In this document: positions 19,941-30,558 of the stretch, in pieces
Layout of the letters: each line of letters opens with the position of its first letter
How positions within the stretch are numbered: position 1 is the stretch's first letter
Translations under genes and position numbers: made by a program
The notes under the pieces: generated by a model
The model's input: the letters and a program-made list of their open reading frames with translations, nothing else
Database searches by the model: none
What the model was told of the DNA's origin: nothing
Assembly: GCA_963827165.1 (NCBI GenBank)
Contig: CAWGZR010000012.1
Coordinates: 64,001-128,000 of the forward strand
Direction: 5' to 3'
Source: Candidatus Bathyarchaeota archaeon
GTDB lineage: Archaea > Thermoproteota > Bathyarchaeia > Bathyarchaeales > Bathycorpusculaceae
Length of the DNA: 64,000 nucleotides

Positions 19941-22853
19941 TCAAAAGCGCTTGCTCAGTGACTTGCGTTCGGCTTCCATAACTAACTCGTAAAATTTGTC
20001 TGAAAGCTTCGGCTCTTTAGAGAGGACATCGGCTATGTCTGCTATGTAGACACGTCTGGCGCTTAACGCGACTGCAGCCGCCTTGCCGTATTTTTCAATC
20101 AGTTCCGCCGTATGTTTCGCGTGAAGCTGCAGTTTTTCCTCGTCTTTGGTCAAGTGTGACTTTTTTTCAATCAGCGGCAAAGCTTTCTCTTCTTCAACTT
20201 TCAGCAGTCCCAGCGCATAGGAGCCACATCTCGGGCACTTAGGTTTATCCGGTAAGTCTTTTATCTGAATAGTTTCAACGTAATCCCAGCAATTTGTGCA
20301 AATGAAGTTGCCTGTTTCGTTTAACAACCGGGCTTTAGCTGCTGCGATTAGCACGGCACGCATTTTCTCAGGTGGGATAAGGTCAGTTTTCATGCTTACT
20401 CTTTCGATTCCGACCCGAGCGACGGGAGTTGCGATGCCACCTGTTTCAACGACTTGGAATCCAACTTCGCCGTTGCGGATTCGACCAAGAGTGTTTACCA
20501 AGCCATCCGCGTCAAGGTCGTTGCTGAAGACCTCTTTTAATCCTTCCTCGTAAATTGGTGTGCCTTCAAAACTCGAAATCAATTTTTGGATACTGACGTT
20601 GCTGAAGTCAGCCCACTTCTTCAATGCGCCGAAACGCCTCGCCACTTGAATAACACGTCGCTTAAATAGACCCGTTTTAACAGTCGAACGGGTCAAAGTA
20701 GCTTTGATTGTTTCGTTGCTCATGGATTTGAATTCTTCAAAGATTTCAACTAGCCGTTCGGCGCTCATACTGCCCATTGTTTGGACAAAGATGCGGTAAG
20801 GATCATGTTGAACTATTATGCCCCTTCCTAGCTTGTCAGACAGCACTTCACCCAGAAATTGCGCCATTGCACGGTTAATTAGTGATCCAAAGTTAGAGTG
20901 GATAATGATGAATTCTCCCCAATCTTCAACAACAATTCGGTTCGGTGTGGGAACTGCTAAGCCAGAATTCACCTGTTCAGTAGTCTCCGCTAAAGCACGT
21001 GAAATTGTCTCTTGCGTGGCAGGGTAACGTTCACAGAGCAAAGAGCTTATTTCTTCAGTTGAGCGCCCTGCACGTATTTTTTCTTCTACGAACGCACGGA
21101 TTTCAGCCAATTCCTGTGCTACCTCGTAAGGTACCGGTATTTCTTCGCCTATCCAACTGGGGATTGAACCTGTCGGATCATTAACTGGACGAACATACAC
21201 TTTGTCTTCTGTGCCATGCATTATTTGCCATGGGCTGCCTCTTATGATGAACTTTGTTCCAGGCTTGCCATATTCGGCCATGAACGCTTCATCCAAAACG
21301 CCGATTGAGGAATCTGTTGATTCGTCAATGACGAGGAACTGTTTCTCCTCAGGAATCATCGACAAGTTATCGAAATAGTACTCGAACAGAGCCTTGGACC
21401 GTTGAGGTTTGAGGGCAACTTGGTCTTCAAAGCTGACCCATGCTAAACGTGGGAAACGCTCATGCATGTACTTGAAGGCTTTGCTGACATCTTCTATGGT
21501 CAAGTTCTTGAACGGTGCAGCTTTACGCGCCAGCTCTAAAACTTCGCTAAATTCAAGGCGCCTGGTTTTGAGCATCAATCCAGCTATCTGGTGAACCAAA
21601 ACGTCATAGGGTTTGTCAGGGATTTCAACGGGCTCTAGCGTTTCGATGAGGGCTCTGCGGGCGATGACCAGTGCTTCAAGCGTGTCGTCAGAATCCATGC
21701 CTATGATTAAGCCTTCCGCAACATCACCGTAAGTGTGTCCTGCTCGGCCAACTCGTTGAATCAGTCTTGTCACTTGCCTAGGACTCATGTATTGGATAAC
21801 AAGGTCTATTCGCCCAATGTCAATCCCTAGTTCGAGGCTGCTTGTAGCTATCAAACCTTTCAGTTCACCCCGCTTAAAGCCCTGCTCGGCGGCAATTCTT
21901 GAAAGCTTAGCTAACGATCCATGATGGATTGAAATTGGAAAATCGATGTCCCAAACTTTGAAGCGGGAAGCTAAAACCTCCGAGATCGAACGAGTGTTGG
22001 TGAAAAGTAGCACGGATTTGCGTTTGTTCATTTGATCGCGGATAATGCGTAATCGTGCTGCTACTTCGGGATGAGTATAGATTTTGGCGGCGAACCTCAC
22101 ATCTTCTTCGGTTGGTTTAGGATAAATGACCTGCAGCTTGACCATTTTGGCGACGGGAACACGGATGATTTCGACAGGACGATTATTGCCCACGAGGAAC
22201 CTCGCGACTTCTTCCGGACTGCCGATGGTGGCTGACAAACCGATCATTTGAAAGTCTTTCCCGATCAGGTTCCTTACCCTCTCCAGCGCCAGTGACAGTT
22301 GGCTTCCCCGTTTGCTGTCTGCTAGCTCATGGACTTCGTCTATGATTACCCACCGTAGGCTCTGCAGATGCTGACGCAGGACCCAGCCTGAGAGGATGGC
22401 TTGCAGGGTTTCAGGTGTAGTAATGAGAAGGTCAGGAGGGCTTCGGGATTGGCGCATTCTCTCTTTGGTTTCGGTGTCTCCGTGACGCACTGCAAGCTTG
22501 ATGTCTAGGCTGTTACACCACCATTGAAGACGATCCAGAATGTCCCTATTGAGAGCTCTAAGCGGGGTGATATAGAGGACTTTTATTCCTGGAGTTTTAG
22601 GTTCCCGAAGAAGACTGCTCAGAACAGGCAGGAAGGCGGCTTCTGTTTTCCCAGTGGCGGTGGGTGAAATTAACAGGACGTTTTTGCCCTCAAGTATCCG
22701 CGGGATCGTCTTTTCTTGAGGCTCAGTCGGTTTAGAGAATCCTCTTTGTTCAACAAGCCTTCGAACTGGCTTCACAAGCAAATCAAAAGCGTTTTCAGAA
22801 GCTGCCTGCAATAAGTTGCTACCCCGAATTGGTAAGATAATCGGAGCGCCCAC
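19941..22853 (-). CDS. lhr: Lhr-family SF2 helicase with C-terminal Zn finger
   Basis: PTATGKT, DEVHEL, SATIG, SSLELGIDIG, QRVGRAGH, PSWIGE, CxxC..CxxC. Confidence 0.93.
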   Translation of the reverse strand: MGAPIILPIRGSNLLQAASENAFDLLVKPVRRLVEQRGFSKPTEPQEKTIPRILEGKNVLLISPTATGKTEAAFLPVLSSLLREPKTPGIKVLYITPLRALNRDILDRLQWWCNSLDIKLAVRHGDTETKERMRQSRSPPDLLITTPETLQAILSGWVLRQHLQSLRWVIIDEVHELADSKRGSQLSLALERVRNLIGKDFQMIGLSATIGSPEEVARFLVGNNRPVEIIRVPVAKMVKLQVIYPKPTEEDVRFAAKIYTHPEVAARLRIIRDQMNKRKSVLLFTNTRSISEVLASRFKVWDIDFPISIHHGSLAKLSRIAAEQGFKRGELKGLIATSSLELGIDIGRIDLVIQYMSPRQVTRLIQRVGRAGHTYGDVAEGLIIGMDSDDTLEALVIARRALIETLEPVEIPDKPYDVLVHQIAGLMLKTRRLEFSEVLELARKAAPFKNLTIEDVSKAFKYMHERFPRLAWVSFEDQVALKPQRSKALFEYYFDNLSMIPEEKQFLVIDESTDSSIGVLDEAFMAEYGKPGTKFIIRGSPWQIMHGTEDKVYVRPVNDPTGSIPSWIGEEIPVPYEVAQELAEIRAFVEEKIRAGRSTEEISSLLCERYPATQETISRALAETTEQVNSGLAVPTPNRIVVEDWGEFIIIHSNFGSLINRAMAQFLGEVLSDKLGRGIIVQHDPYRIFVQTMGSMSAERLVEIFEEFKSMSNETIKATLTRSTVKTGLFKRRVIQVARRFGALKKWADFSNVSIQKLISSFEGTPIYEEGLKEVFSNDLDADGLVNTLGRIRNGEVGFQVVETGGIATPVARVGIERVSMKTDLIPPEKMRAVLIAAAKARLLNETGNFICTNCWDYVETIQIKDLPDKPKCPRCGSYALGLLKVEEEKALPLIEKKSHLTKDEEKLQLHAKHTAELIEKYGKAAAVALSARRVYIADIADVLSKEPKLSDKFYELVMEAERKSLSKRF

Positions 22854-22893
22854 TATTTAAAAAACGTTGTACCCGTCAACATTTCGCCCCTGA

Positions 22894-22928
22894 AAAACCC
22901 GGATTCCCGCCAAGAGTATCCGGGTTTT
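22894..22928. terminator. Inverted repeat / hairpin
   Basis: AAAACCCGGAT ... ATCCGGGTTTT, 11-bp perfect stem in the intergenic region. Confidence 0.45.
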
Positions 22929-22980
22929 GCTGAAAGCTGGACTCGATTTCACAAAGACTTACAGGACTGAGTTCTCATGT

Positions 22981-23301
22981 TTACCAGCCATGTTTGATTG
23001 TTGAGGCTGTTTGGGGATGTTTGTTTTTCTTTTCTTCTTTTTTGTGATTGAACCTTCTGATTTTGACAGCGTTGCCATCCACAGCTGCCCAATGGCTGCT
23101 GTTTAGTTTCTTGCTGTTAACGAACTTGGTTACCATTCGCTGCAATTCCATGGTCGAAACTTCCGCCCCATCTAATTGTAAACCGTCGGAGATTATAACG
23201 CTCTTTAATTTGAAGTGCTTCTGCAAAAAATTGGCTAGGCTATCTTTCTCATCATCCAAGTCAGGCATTTCAACTCTTACAGGGTTATGGCTCTTTGACA
23301 T
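22981..23301 (-). CDS. Small basic hypothetical protein
   Basis: 106 aa ORF; possible weak resemblance to eL22-like proteins, not asserted. Confidence 0.6.
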   Translation of the reverse strand: MSKSHNPVRVEMPDLDDEKDSLANFLQKHFKLKSVIISDGLQLDGAEVSTMELQRMVTKFVNSKKLNSSHWAAVDGNAVKIRRFNHKKEEKKNKHPQTASTIKHGW

Positions 23302-23378
23302 GAATCTTCGCCATCCTATTTGTATGGCGCTAGGTCAACCTATTAAAGCCTACCTAAATACCGCGCAAAAGGCATCCT

Positions 23379-24845
23379 TTGGTATCAAGAAATAAGAAAT
23401 TGGAGGCAGTCACCGCCAACTTTAACTTCGAACACATGCAAATTAAGGTAAACAGGAACGTGGCATTTCAATTGAAGAAAACCAAGATTGTCTGCACAGT
23501 TGGCCCCGCAAGTTTTCCAAAACATATCATCGAAAAAATGTTTCACGCCGGCATGAACGGCGCTAGAATAAACACTGCCTACGGAACCCTTGAGCAATAC
23601 CAATCTACAATTGGGACAGTTCGTGAAGTTGCCGACATCGCGATAATGGTTGACATCAAGGGACCTGAAATCAGGATCAGAGCATCAAAACCGAAAATTC
23701 TCTGTAGAGGTGACACATTGGAAGTCGGCTTCGACGGCGAAGAGGTCGCCTTCAACCATGATTTGTACGATGAGATGGCGGTTAGCGACTTGGTTTTGAT
23801 TGACAACGGCAAAATCAGAGCACACGTAGTTGAAAAATCCGGCCGCAGACTTTACCTGAAAATCGTTAATGGAGGTACAATAGAAGATGGGAAAGGAGTC
23901 AACATACCAAATAAGCGCCTCTCCGTTCCGACTTTGTGCGAACGAGACCTTGAAATCCTAAAGCTGTGCAAGAAACTTGATGTTGAATACGTCGCTCTGT
24001 CCTTCACGAGGGACGCCAGAGACGTTGAAAACCTGTTACATGCGCATAGGTTTGAAGGTGGCGTCATCGCGAAGATTGAAAATTCTGAAGGTGTTCAGAA
24101 CATTGAGGAGATTTTAGGTGTCGCCAGCGGGGTAATGGTTGCCAGAGGCGACTTGGGTATTGAAATTGAACCTGAAAAGGTTCCGCTTGTTCAAAAATCA
24201 CTAATCAAAACGTGTAACCAAAAGGGGAAGGTGGTGGTTACGGCTACGGAGATGCTTGAATCGATGATTCATCAGCCCTGCCCCACAAGGGCTGAAGTAA
24301 GCGATGTAGCCAATGCTATCTTAGATGGTTCCGACTCTGTTATGCTTTCAGGGGAAACAGCTGTAGGCGCGTATCCTGTAGAGGCCGTTAAAATGATGGC
24401 GCGTATAGCTAACGAAACCGAAAAAGTAGTCAAAAGTAACGTGGAAGAAACCGCTTTCATCAATATTTCTGATACTATTAGCAAAGCAATTCAGCGGATA
24501 TGCCAAAGCATGCCGGTGCACAAAGTCGTGACCTTAACAAGGTCAGGATACACGGCGCGGATGATTTCTCGCTTTAGGATAAGCCAGCCGGTGATTGCGG
24601 TTACGCCGGATTTGAAGGTTAAGAGGCAATTGGAACTAGTTTTTGGCATTGAACCCGTTCTAATAAATTATCTTGAAGAGAAAGACAGGGTTACACATGT
24701 TGCGAATCAACTTTGCTCTATGGGTCTTGTGAATGAGAAAGAAACCGTTCTGTTTACTTCGGGCGTTAGGACAACAATGAAGCATTCGAGCAACTCGATA
24801 GAAATTCACAAAATTGAGGAGCTAAGACAGTTCGCATCCACATAA
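23379..24845 (+). CDS. pyk: Pyruvate kinase (start probably downstream of 23379)
   Basis: KTKIVCTVGPAS, DIKGPEIR, AKIE, MVARGDLG, ATEMLESM, PTRAE, MLSGETA. Confidence 0.97.
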   Translation: MVSRNKKLEAVTANFNFEHMQIKVNRNVAFQLKKTKIVCTVGPASFPKHIIEKMFHAGMNGARINTAYGTLEQYQSTIGTVREVADIAIMVDIKGPEIRIRASKPKILCRGDTLEVGFDGEEVAFNHDLYDEMAVSDLVLIDNGKIRAHVVEKSGRRLYLKIVNGGTIEDGKGVNIPNKRLSVPTLCERDLEILKLCKKLDVEYVALSFTRDARDVENLLHAHRFEGGVIAKIENSEGVQNIEEILGVASGVMVARGDLGIEIEPEKVPLVQKSLIKTCNQKGKVVVTATEMLESMIHQPCPTRAEVSDVANAILDGSDSVMLSGETAVGAYPVEAVKMMARIANETEKVVKSNVEETAFINISDTISKAIQRICQSMPVHKVVTLTRSGYTARMISRFRISQPVIAVTPDLKVKRQLELVFGIEPVLINYLEEKDRVTHVANQLCSMGLVNEKETVLFTSGVRTTMKHSSNSIEIHKIEELRQFAST

Positions 24846-25040
24846 AGAGCCGTCAGTCGGTAGCTCTGGTTTATGGCGTCTGAGCTTAATTGTTGGCCTC
24901 GGCGGAGTGGGTTTTACCGGGGTTTAGACAGAAATATGTTTAAATGTGACATTGAAAGGTGAAATATCAATCCGAAAACTATGGAAAGTTTTTTATTCCA
25001 TAATGATAAAGCATGGAAGCGGTATTACGGAGGAAAAAGA

Positions 25041-25211
25041 ATGGCTAAATGTCCAAAATGCGGAACCGAAGTTGCAAAAGCAAAAAAAACATGGAAAATG
25101 GCTGGTCGCCCAGATAAGGCTGGAAAACGTATGCAACTCGAAATCGGACTTTACGAATGCCCCAAATGCGGCAAAGTATTCCGCGAGGTTTTAAGCAAAA
25201 AGAAAATCTAA
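25041..25211 (+). CDS. cren7: Cren7-like chromatin protein with two CxxC motifs
   Basis: KTWKMAG.P...IGLYECPKCGKVFR; GGAGG RBS before ATG 25041. Confidence 0.8.
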   Translation: MAKCPKCGTEVAKAKKTWKMAGRPDKAGKRMQLEIGLYECPKCGKVFREVLSKKKI

Positions 25212-25323
25212 ATTTGCAACCAACATAAGTTGCATTTCTCGTCCTCTTTTATTTTTCTTTCTCGTCAAGGTAACTTTAAAACTTAGAAACCCTTATTCAT
25301 GGAAATCACCCTGAGGCAAAAGC

Positions 25324-25980
25324 GTGAGTTCTCTTAGGCGATTATGGAAAAACGAGTACTTCAAAACAGTTGTTGCCATTTTGGCGGTTGTCGCGATTGT
25401 TTTCGGGTTGCTTGTTGGCTTGCAGGCATTTCTTCACACTTCATACCCGGTGTTAACGGTTGAGAGCGGTAGTATGAGCATCCCCTACGATGGCGCGGAC
25501 AGTTTTGCCCTGAGCTTAGAGCACCCGTTCGGTCGAACACTAAGCATAGGTGATATAATCTTCGTGCAGGGTGTCAACCCGAAGGATTTGAACGCCAACT
25601 ACCCAAATAGTGACATTATAGTTTTCCACGATCCAGATGACTCAAGCATATTGATTGTGCACCGCATAATAAGCGTCGAAAATGTCGACGGCACTCTATA
25701 CTTCCAAACTAAAGGCGACGGAAACGGAAACTTATGGCCCCAAACGCCGACATCAGCTTTAGATCCGTGGGACAGTAACAACCCGCCGGGAGTTCCCGCA
25801 AGCGATGTGGTCGGCAAAGTGGTTATGCGTATTCCATGGTTGGGTTGGGTAACGCTTTTCATGAAGAATGACCCATGGGGCCTGCCAGTTGTTATCACCA
25901 TCATTATGCTGCTTGTAATCGTTGAGTTCATTGTGCCGGAGCTTTGCAAGAAAAGACCAGAACAACAGAAACTGACTTAG
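25324..25980 (+). CDS. Signal peptidase I (S26, archaeal Sec11-like)
   Basis: VESGSM, GDII, IVHRI, TKGDGN, VVGKV..RIPWLG. Confidence 0.9.
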   Translation: MSSLRRLWKNEYFKTVVAILAVVAIVFGLLVGLQAFLHTSYPVLTVESGSMSIPYDGADSFALSLEHPFGRTLSIGDIIFVQGVNPKDLNANYPNSDIIVFHDPDDSSILIVHRIISVENVDGTLYFQTKGDGNGNLWPQTPTSALDPWDSNNPPGVPASDVVGKVVMRIPWLGWVTLFMKNDPWGLPVVITIIMLLVIVEFIVPELCKKRPEQQKLT

Positions 25981-26060
25981 CAGCAGGCACAGATGTCTTT
26001 ATAAAGTAAGTTTTTGATATGAGGATATTTAAGGGCGGTTAATGCAAAGGGGGAGACTGA

Positions 26061-26621
26061 TTGCCGAAGGTTAAAGCTACTATAAGCGTTGAAAACGTTG
26101 TCGCTTCTGCAACGCTGAACCAAAAAGTTGATTTGAACGCCGTCGTTAAAGGTTATCCAGGCGTCGAATATCGTCCTGAACAATTTCCAGGTTTAGTTTT
26201 CAGGTTGAAACGGCCCAAAACCGCGACTTTAATTTTTAGTTCGGGAAAAATGGTTTGCACGGGCGCTAAGTCAGAGAAAGAAGCAAAACGAGCCGTCATG
26301 AAAGTAGTAAAGGAACTGAAAAAAGGCGGCATCATAATTATCAGCAAGCCCGAACTTAAAATCCAAAACATTGTGGCTTCAGGCGGACTTGGCGGTATGA
26401 TTGACTTGGAAAAAGCCGCTTACACTCTGGGTCACGCTATGTATGAACCTGAGCAGTTTCCCGGCTTAATTTATAGGATGCAGGAGCCGAAAGTGGTAAT
26501 TCTGTTATTCGCGAGCGGAAAACTCGTCTGCACAGGAGCCAAACAGGAACAAGATGTTTATGTTGCGGTAGAAAAATTGCATACGCTACTTGAAGAAACT
26601 AGCCTAATATTCTACGAATGA
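26061..26621 (+). CDS. tbp: TATA-box binding protein
   Basis: Two repeats of NVVAS...Y.PEQFPGL..R...LIFSSGK.VCTGAK. Confidence 0.98.
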   Translation: MPKVKATISVENVVASATLNQKVDLNAVVKGYPGVEYRPEQFPGLVFRLKRPKTATLIFSSGKMVCTGAKSEKEAKRAVMKVVKELKKGGIIIISKPELKIQNIVASGGLGGMIDLEKAAYTLGHAMYEPEQFPGLIYRMQEPKVVILLFASGKLVCTGAKQEQDVYVAVEKLHTLLEETSLIFYE

Positions 26622-26632
26622 GACTGGTTTTC

Positions 26633-27262
26633 TTACTGTTTTTTTACTTGTTTGAGGATTGTCTTTAGGTTTTCGCGGTCCATCCCACCCGAATCGTATA
26701 ACGCATTTGCTATTTCGCTGATTTTCAGCATGGGATGCAGTTTGATTCCGCTTTTTTCAAGCTGGCTGGCTCCGCCTTCTTCTCTGTCAAGGAACACGAT
26801 CGCGTCCGTGACTACACCGCCTTCGGCTCTGACGGTTTCAGCGGCCTTTTTTAGAGTTAAACCTGTCGTGATTAAGTCGTCAATTAGTAGCACTTTGTCT
26901 CCTGACGCTAAGATTCCTTCTACTCGCCGTTTTCTTCCGCGAGGCCGCGTTCCTCTGTGCACGTAAAGGAATGGTTTCTCGAGGTTGTACGCAACTTGCG
27001 ACGCAAAAATTATCCCAGTTAGGGGTACACCAGCAATTCTGTCGAAATTTTTGGCGCCGATTTCGGTTTGGATGTATTGGGCGTAGAATTCGCAGATTTT
27101 TCTGTAGGCATCGGGGAAACTCGGTACAATGCGTAAATCCACGTAGTACGGGCTTGCTTTTCCGCTTGGGAGTTTGAAAACTCCAAATTTCACGGCGTCG
27201 ATTTTGAAAAGTATATTAGCCATTTTTTCCTTTTTATCCTCAACAGCTTGGTCAACCTTCAT
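26633..27262 (-). CDS. pyrE: Orotate phosphoribosyltransferase
   Basis: FKLPSGKASPYYVDLR and VLLIDDLITTG PRPP motif. Confidence 0.88.
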   Translation of the reverse strand: MKVDQAVEDKKEKMANILFKIDAVKFGVFKLPSGKASPYYVDLRIVPSFPDAYRKICEFYAQYIQTEIGAKNFDRIAGVPLTGIIFASQVAYNLEKPFLYVHRGTRPRGRKRRVEGILASGDKVLLIDDLITTGLTLKKAAETVRAEGGVVTDAIVFLDREEGGASQLEKSGIKLHPMLKISEIANALYDSGGMDRENLKTILKQVKKQ

Positions 27263-27266
27263 TTTT

Positions 27267-27971
27267 TCACTTCCTTTTTGACACTTGATAAATTTTGTTT
27301 TGTTCAGGAATCAAGCATGCTGTTCGGGGCATCTCCCTCTTCAATAGTTCGGCGAATTCTGTCTGGCTTGCAGTCGATCCTGTATGATAGGGAACGGCAA
27401 CTTGAGGCTTGATAAGCCATGCGATTTCGAAGCCTGTCTGCGGCGTAGAGCCTGGAGCTATCCCAACAGTGCAAAAAACCACGTCAAATTTTTCTTTTTG
27501 ACCCATAAGTGCCATTTCAGGAAAAGGCAAACTGTCTGCTGTATGGTAAATTTTCACGCCGTCTTCACTGGTTATGATATAAGTCAATGGCGATTGAGCG
27601 GGGTGGTTGCTTTTTTCTGCTTTGACAGTGACTTCGCCGATTTTTGTTTCTTCCCCTGGTTTGGTTTCTTGTAGTTTACCGATGGGTATAACGTGTTGGA
27701 GTTTTTTTGTGGACGCGGGGTCGGCGATGATGATGCAGCTTGTTTCTTTTTGGATTTCCGCTATTAGTCTTGGGTCGAGGTGGTCGTAATGCTCGTGGGT
27801 TATGAGGATTGCGTCCACGTTTTGAAGCTTTTTGGATTTGACGTCAACTGGGTCTATGGCAAGCGTTTTAGTAGGTGTTTTCAGAAGTATCCCCGCGTAT
27901 TGGTTAAACCAAACGAAAAGGACAGTGTTTTTTTCGGGTATTTTCTGAATTGCCATAACTTGATTCCTCAA
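27267..27971 (-). CDS. MBL-fold metallo-hydrolase
   Basis: ITHEHYDHLD, H and PYH motifs. Confidence 0.85.
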   Translation of the reverse strand: MRNQVMAIQKIPEKNTVLFVWFNQYAGILLKTPTKTLAIDPVDVKSKKLQNVDAILITHEHYDHLDPRLIAEIQKETSCIIIADPASTKKLQHVIPIGKLQETKPGEETKIGEVTVKAEKSNHPAQSPLTYIITSEDGVKIYHTADSLPFPEMALMGQKEKFDVVFCTVGIAPGSTPQTGFEIAWLIKPQVAVPYHTGSTASQTEFAELLKREMPRTACLIPEQNKIYQVSKRK

Positions 27972-28114
27972 GAGGACTATGTAACCAGCATTTTAAAGAA
28001 GTTGCGCTTAATCCAAACGCACAGGAAAAAAATGGATTAATAACCTTGAACGAGTCTGTTCAACGTTTAGTTTTGGGAATAAAGGTTATTTAGGTAATAC
28101 CGGCTAAACATAAA

Positions 28115-28759
28115 TTGGGAGAACAAAGTGTGGGATCACTGAAAAGTTTAGCTCAAGGCTTTCTAGCCGGAACAGGCGTAATCTGGAGCTTCAACATAGC
28201 ATCCCTCTTCAAAAACGGCGACGCATGGCTGGCCTCCCTATACCTGATGATCTTAACGATTCCAGTTTCAACCCTACTTTATCTTAAGTTGAAAAACAAA
28301 AAACCCAACGCCCAGGTAGACCGCAGACATAAATGGCGAAGCCTATTGTTTTCAGTTCAGGGAGCAGCTTTAGCCTTCTGGGCATTCGACATATTAACGA
28401 CTTTTTATGCCATCAATGTTACGGGTCTGGCAGTGGAGTTGAACCCGCTCGGTTGGCCGCTTGGAATTATGGGCGCTCTGGTCTACTATGTTCCAACCGT
28501 GGTTTTCTCGTATGTTTTACTATTCAAGATCAAGGAGAGCTTCGCATTTTACTGTGCGGTGCCTTTGACTTTAGTGACCGTTGGTATGGGCATGTTGAGC
28601 TTGACTGCTGGTGCGCAAAACTTCCAAGTATTTGTTGACACCGCTGCATTAGCAACTGGCGTACGTTTTGGGCTGTTAGCGGCGATCTGCACTGTTTGCT
28701 TGGCTGTCCCATTCGCGTTAAAAAGAACAATAACCCAATCTAATCCGCTTTTGCCCTGA
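28115..28759 (+). CDS. Membrane protein (DUF5658-like)
   Basis: Multiple TM segments; DILTT...ELNPL motif. Confidence 0.65.
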   Translation: MGEQSVGSLKSLAQGFLAGTGVIWSFNIASLFKNGDAWLASLYLMILTIPVSTLLYLKLKNKKPNAQVDRRHKWRSLLFSVQGAALAFWAFDILTTFYAINVTGLAVELNPLGWPLGIMGALVYYVPTVVFSYVLLFKIKESFAFYCAVPLTLVTVGMGMLSLTAGAQNFQVFVDTAALATGVRFGLLAAICTVCLAVPFALKRTITQSNPLLP

Positions 28760-29048
28760 CTCTCAAAACGCGTTTTTTGAGTTTTGACTGGGAGTTGCAA
28801 AATAGCTAATTATTGCCTCGTGGGTTCAAGAAGCGATTGCCAATAATCATTAAACTCATGGTAATTAGAGCTCCTAAACAAATCAAGGCTGATCGAGCGA
28901 GCAGTAAACTTGCCGGTTTCAGCAAACGATCATATTTCAATGCTTCTGAACTGTAAGCAAGAAAAACACTTACTTCGGCCCTTGAAGCCGCTCAGTCTCG
29001 CGGGCTGTAGCCAGTTGTCTCAACTTTACTTGTACTTCGAAAGAAAGT

Positions 29049-29463
29049 TTGTGGAAAATAGCGAAGACACCCGTGTCCAAAACGCTTCGATTACAGAACC
29101 CTTCTTCGAGAAGAAAGCCCATCCGACGGCCAATCAGCCGAAAGTTACTCAGAAAAAAGCTGCGACAAACACGGGCAACGGTATTTGCCTCTCCTGCAAG
29201 CGGAAATTCACCGTGTCATCGTCTAAACTCGACGAAGTCGAAGGGGCATGGAAATATCTGGCCTTTGCCCTTATTGCAACAATTCGTCAGTAATTTCCGG
29301 TGCTGGCCCTTCGGAAAATGATCTGTGGGAGAAGTATTTTGAGGGCAACAATCAAGCTGAAAAACTTCCCTTCTGCGAATTCAGAATTGGCTTAACATCA
29401 AAGATTCTTTACTTTTCAATTGGTACATGTTTCTGTAGGACGCTAACTTTTGATGAGATGTAA
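29049..29463 (+). pseudogene. Possible frameshifted Zn-ribbon protein
   Basis: CLSC and CPYC motifs lie in different frames about 70 nt apart. Confidence 0.35.
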
Positions 29464-30386
29464 GGCAAGAGTTTGACAACCGCTATGTATGCTACTGTTG
29501 CATAGATTATTCCCGCGACAACATCCGTGAAGTAGTGTTCTCCAAGGTATACTGCGCTGAACCAGGTGCCGACAGGGATTGCTAGGACAGGAAGAGCTTT
29601 CCATCTCCAGATTTTGAATGCGAATAGGAACACAAGCCATGGAATGGCTGAATGCATGCTGGGGAAGGCGGCGTAGTTGTTTGGGCTAAGGAAGTCAAAC
29701 AGGGTTTTGTAAACCGGGAAGCCTAAGCTGGGGTCAACTGATCCAGTTAAAACTCGTATTACTTGGGGTCCAGTGTAAGACGGGTTAAAGAGATGGCTGA
29801 ACTGAATCCACGGTGGGGCAACGGGGTAAAACAGAAAAGTTATCAAAGCCGAGTACGTTAGTACACCGAAAGCCACGGTGTATTTCCAGTAGTTTTTGGG
29901 GCTTTTCCTCCAGACAATATACGCGAATATAGTTGGCACAAAGAAATATATCGAATAGAAGAAAGCTCCCATGTAATCTAAAATTGGCAACCTAAAGTTT
30001 TGTTGAAGGATAATGCTGGGAACTTGGCCAAACAGGTGCGTATCCACAAAGTCCGGTCCGCTGTGGAGATTACTTGACGAAACGGTGCCGACAAAACTGT
30101 ACATGACCTCGTATGAAAGAAACACCGTAATGAAAGGAAGCCAATCTTTCAACGCGCGGTAAGTCTGTTTGTTGTAAGCGGCTATGAAAACGATGCCTAA
30201 AACCAGAAATTCGGGTCCAGGAATAATTTTGTATTCTAGACAAAAAATGGTTATTGCAACTATGTAAATTGTCAAGAAAACCAACGAAAAGAAACGTGAA
30301 GAATGATAATCGAAGGTTACGTTAGCCTTCAATTTATCAAGCTTTGAATTTTTCAGATTAACTTCTTCAGTTTCTTCTTCCACCAT
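29409..30386 (-). CDS. PAP2 / inositol-phosphorylceramide-synthase-like membrane protein
   Basis: PVAPPW, AAFPSMH and HYFTD motifs. Confidence 0.88.
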   Translation of the reverse strand: MVEEETEEVNLKNSKLDKLKANVTFDYHSSRFFSLVFLTIYIVAITIFCLEYKIIPGPEFLVLGIVFIAAYNKQTYRALKDWLPFITVFLSYEVMYSFVGTVSSSNLHSGPDFVDTHLFGQVPSIILQQNFRLPILDYMGAFFYSIYFFVPTIFAYIVWRKSPKNYWKYTVAFGVLTYSALITFLFYPVAPPWIQFSHLFNPSYTGPQVIRVLTGSVDPSLGFPVYKTLFDFLSPNNYAAFPSMHSAIPWLVFLFAFKIWRWKALPVLAIPVGTWFSAVYLGEHYFTDVVAGIIYATVAYIAVVKLLPYISSKVSVLQKHVPIEK

Positions 30387-30558
30387 TACCTAACCAGACC
30401 CGCGCTAACAGCCTTCCTTTTAGTTCCATGCTTACATTTGCTTTTTAAATGCTTTTCCCCAATTTACCCCTAGATCGAAATAGAGGACACCCGAGCGCAT
30501 GGTGTTTTCTCCTTCGAAATTATTTAAAAACCTCCGCAAAGTCTTTGGCCTACCACTT

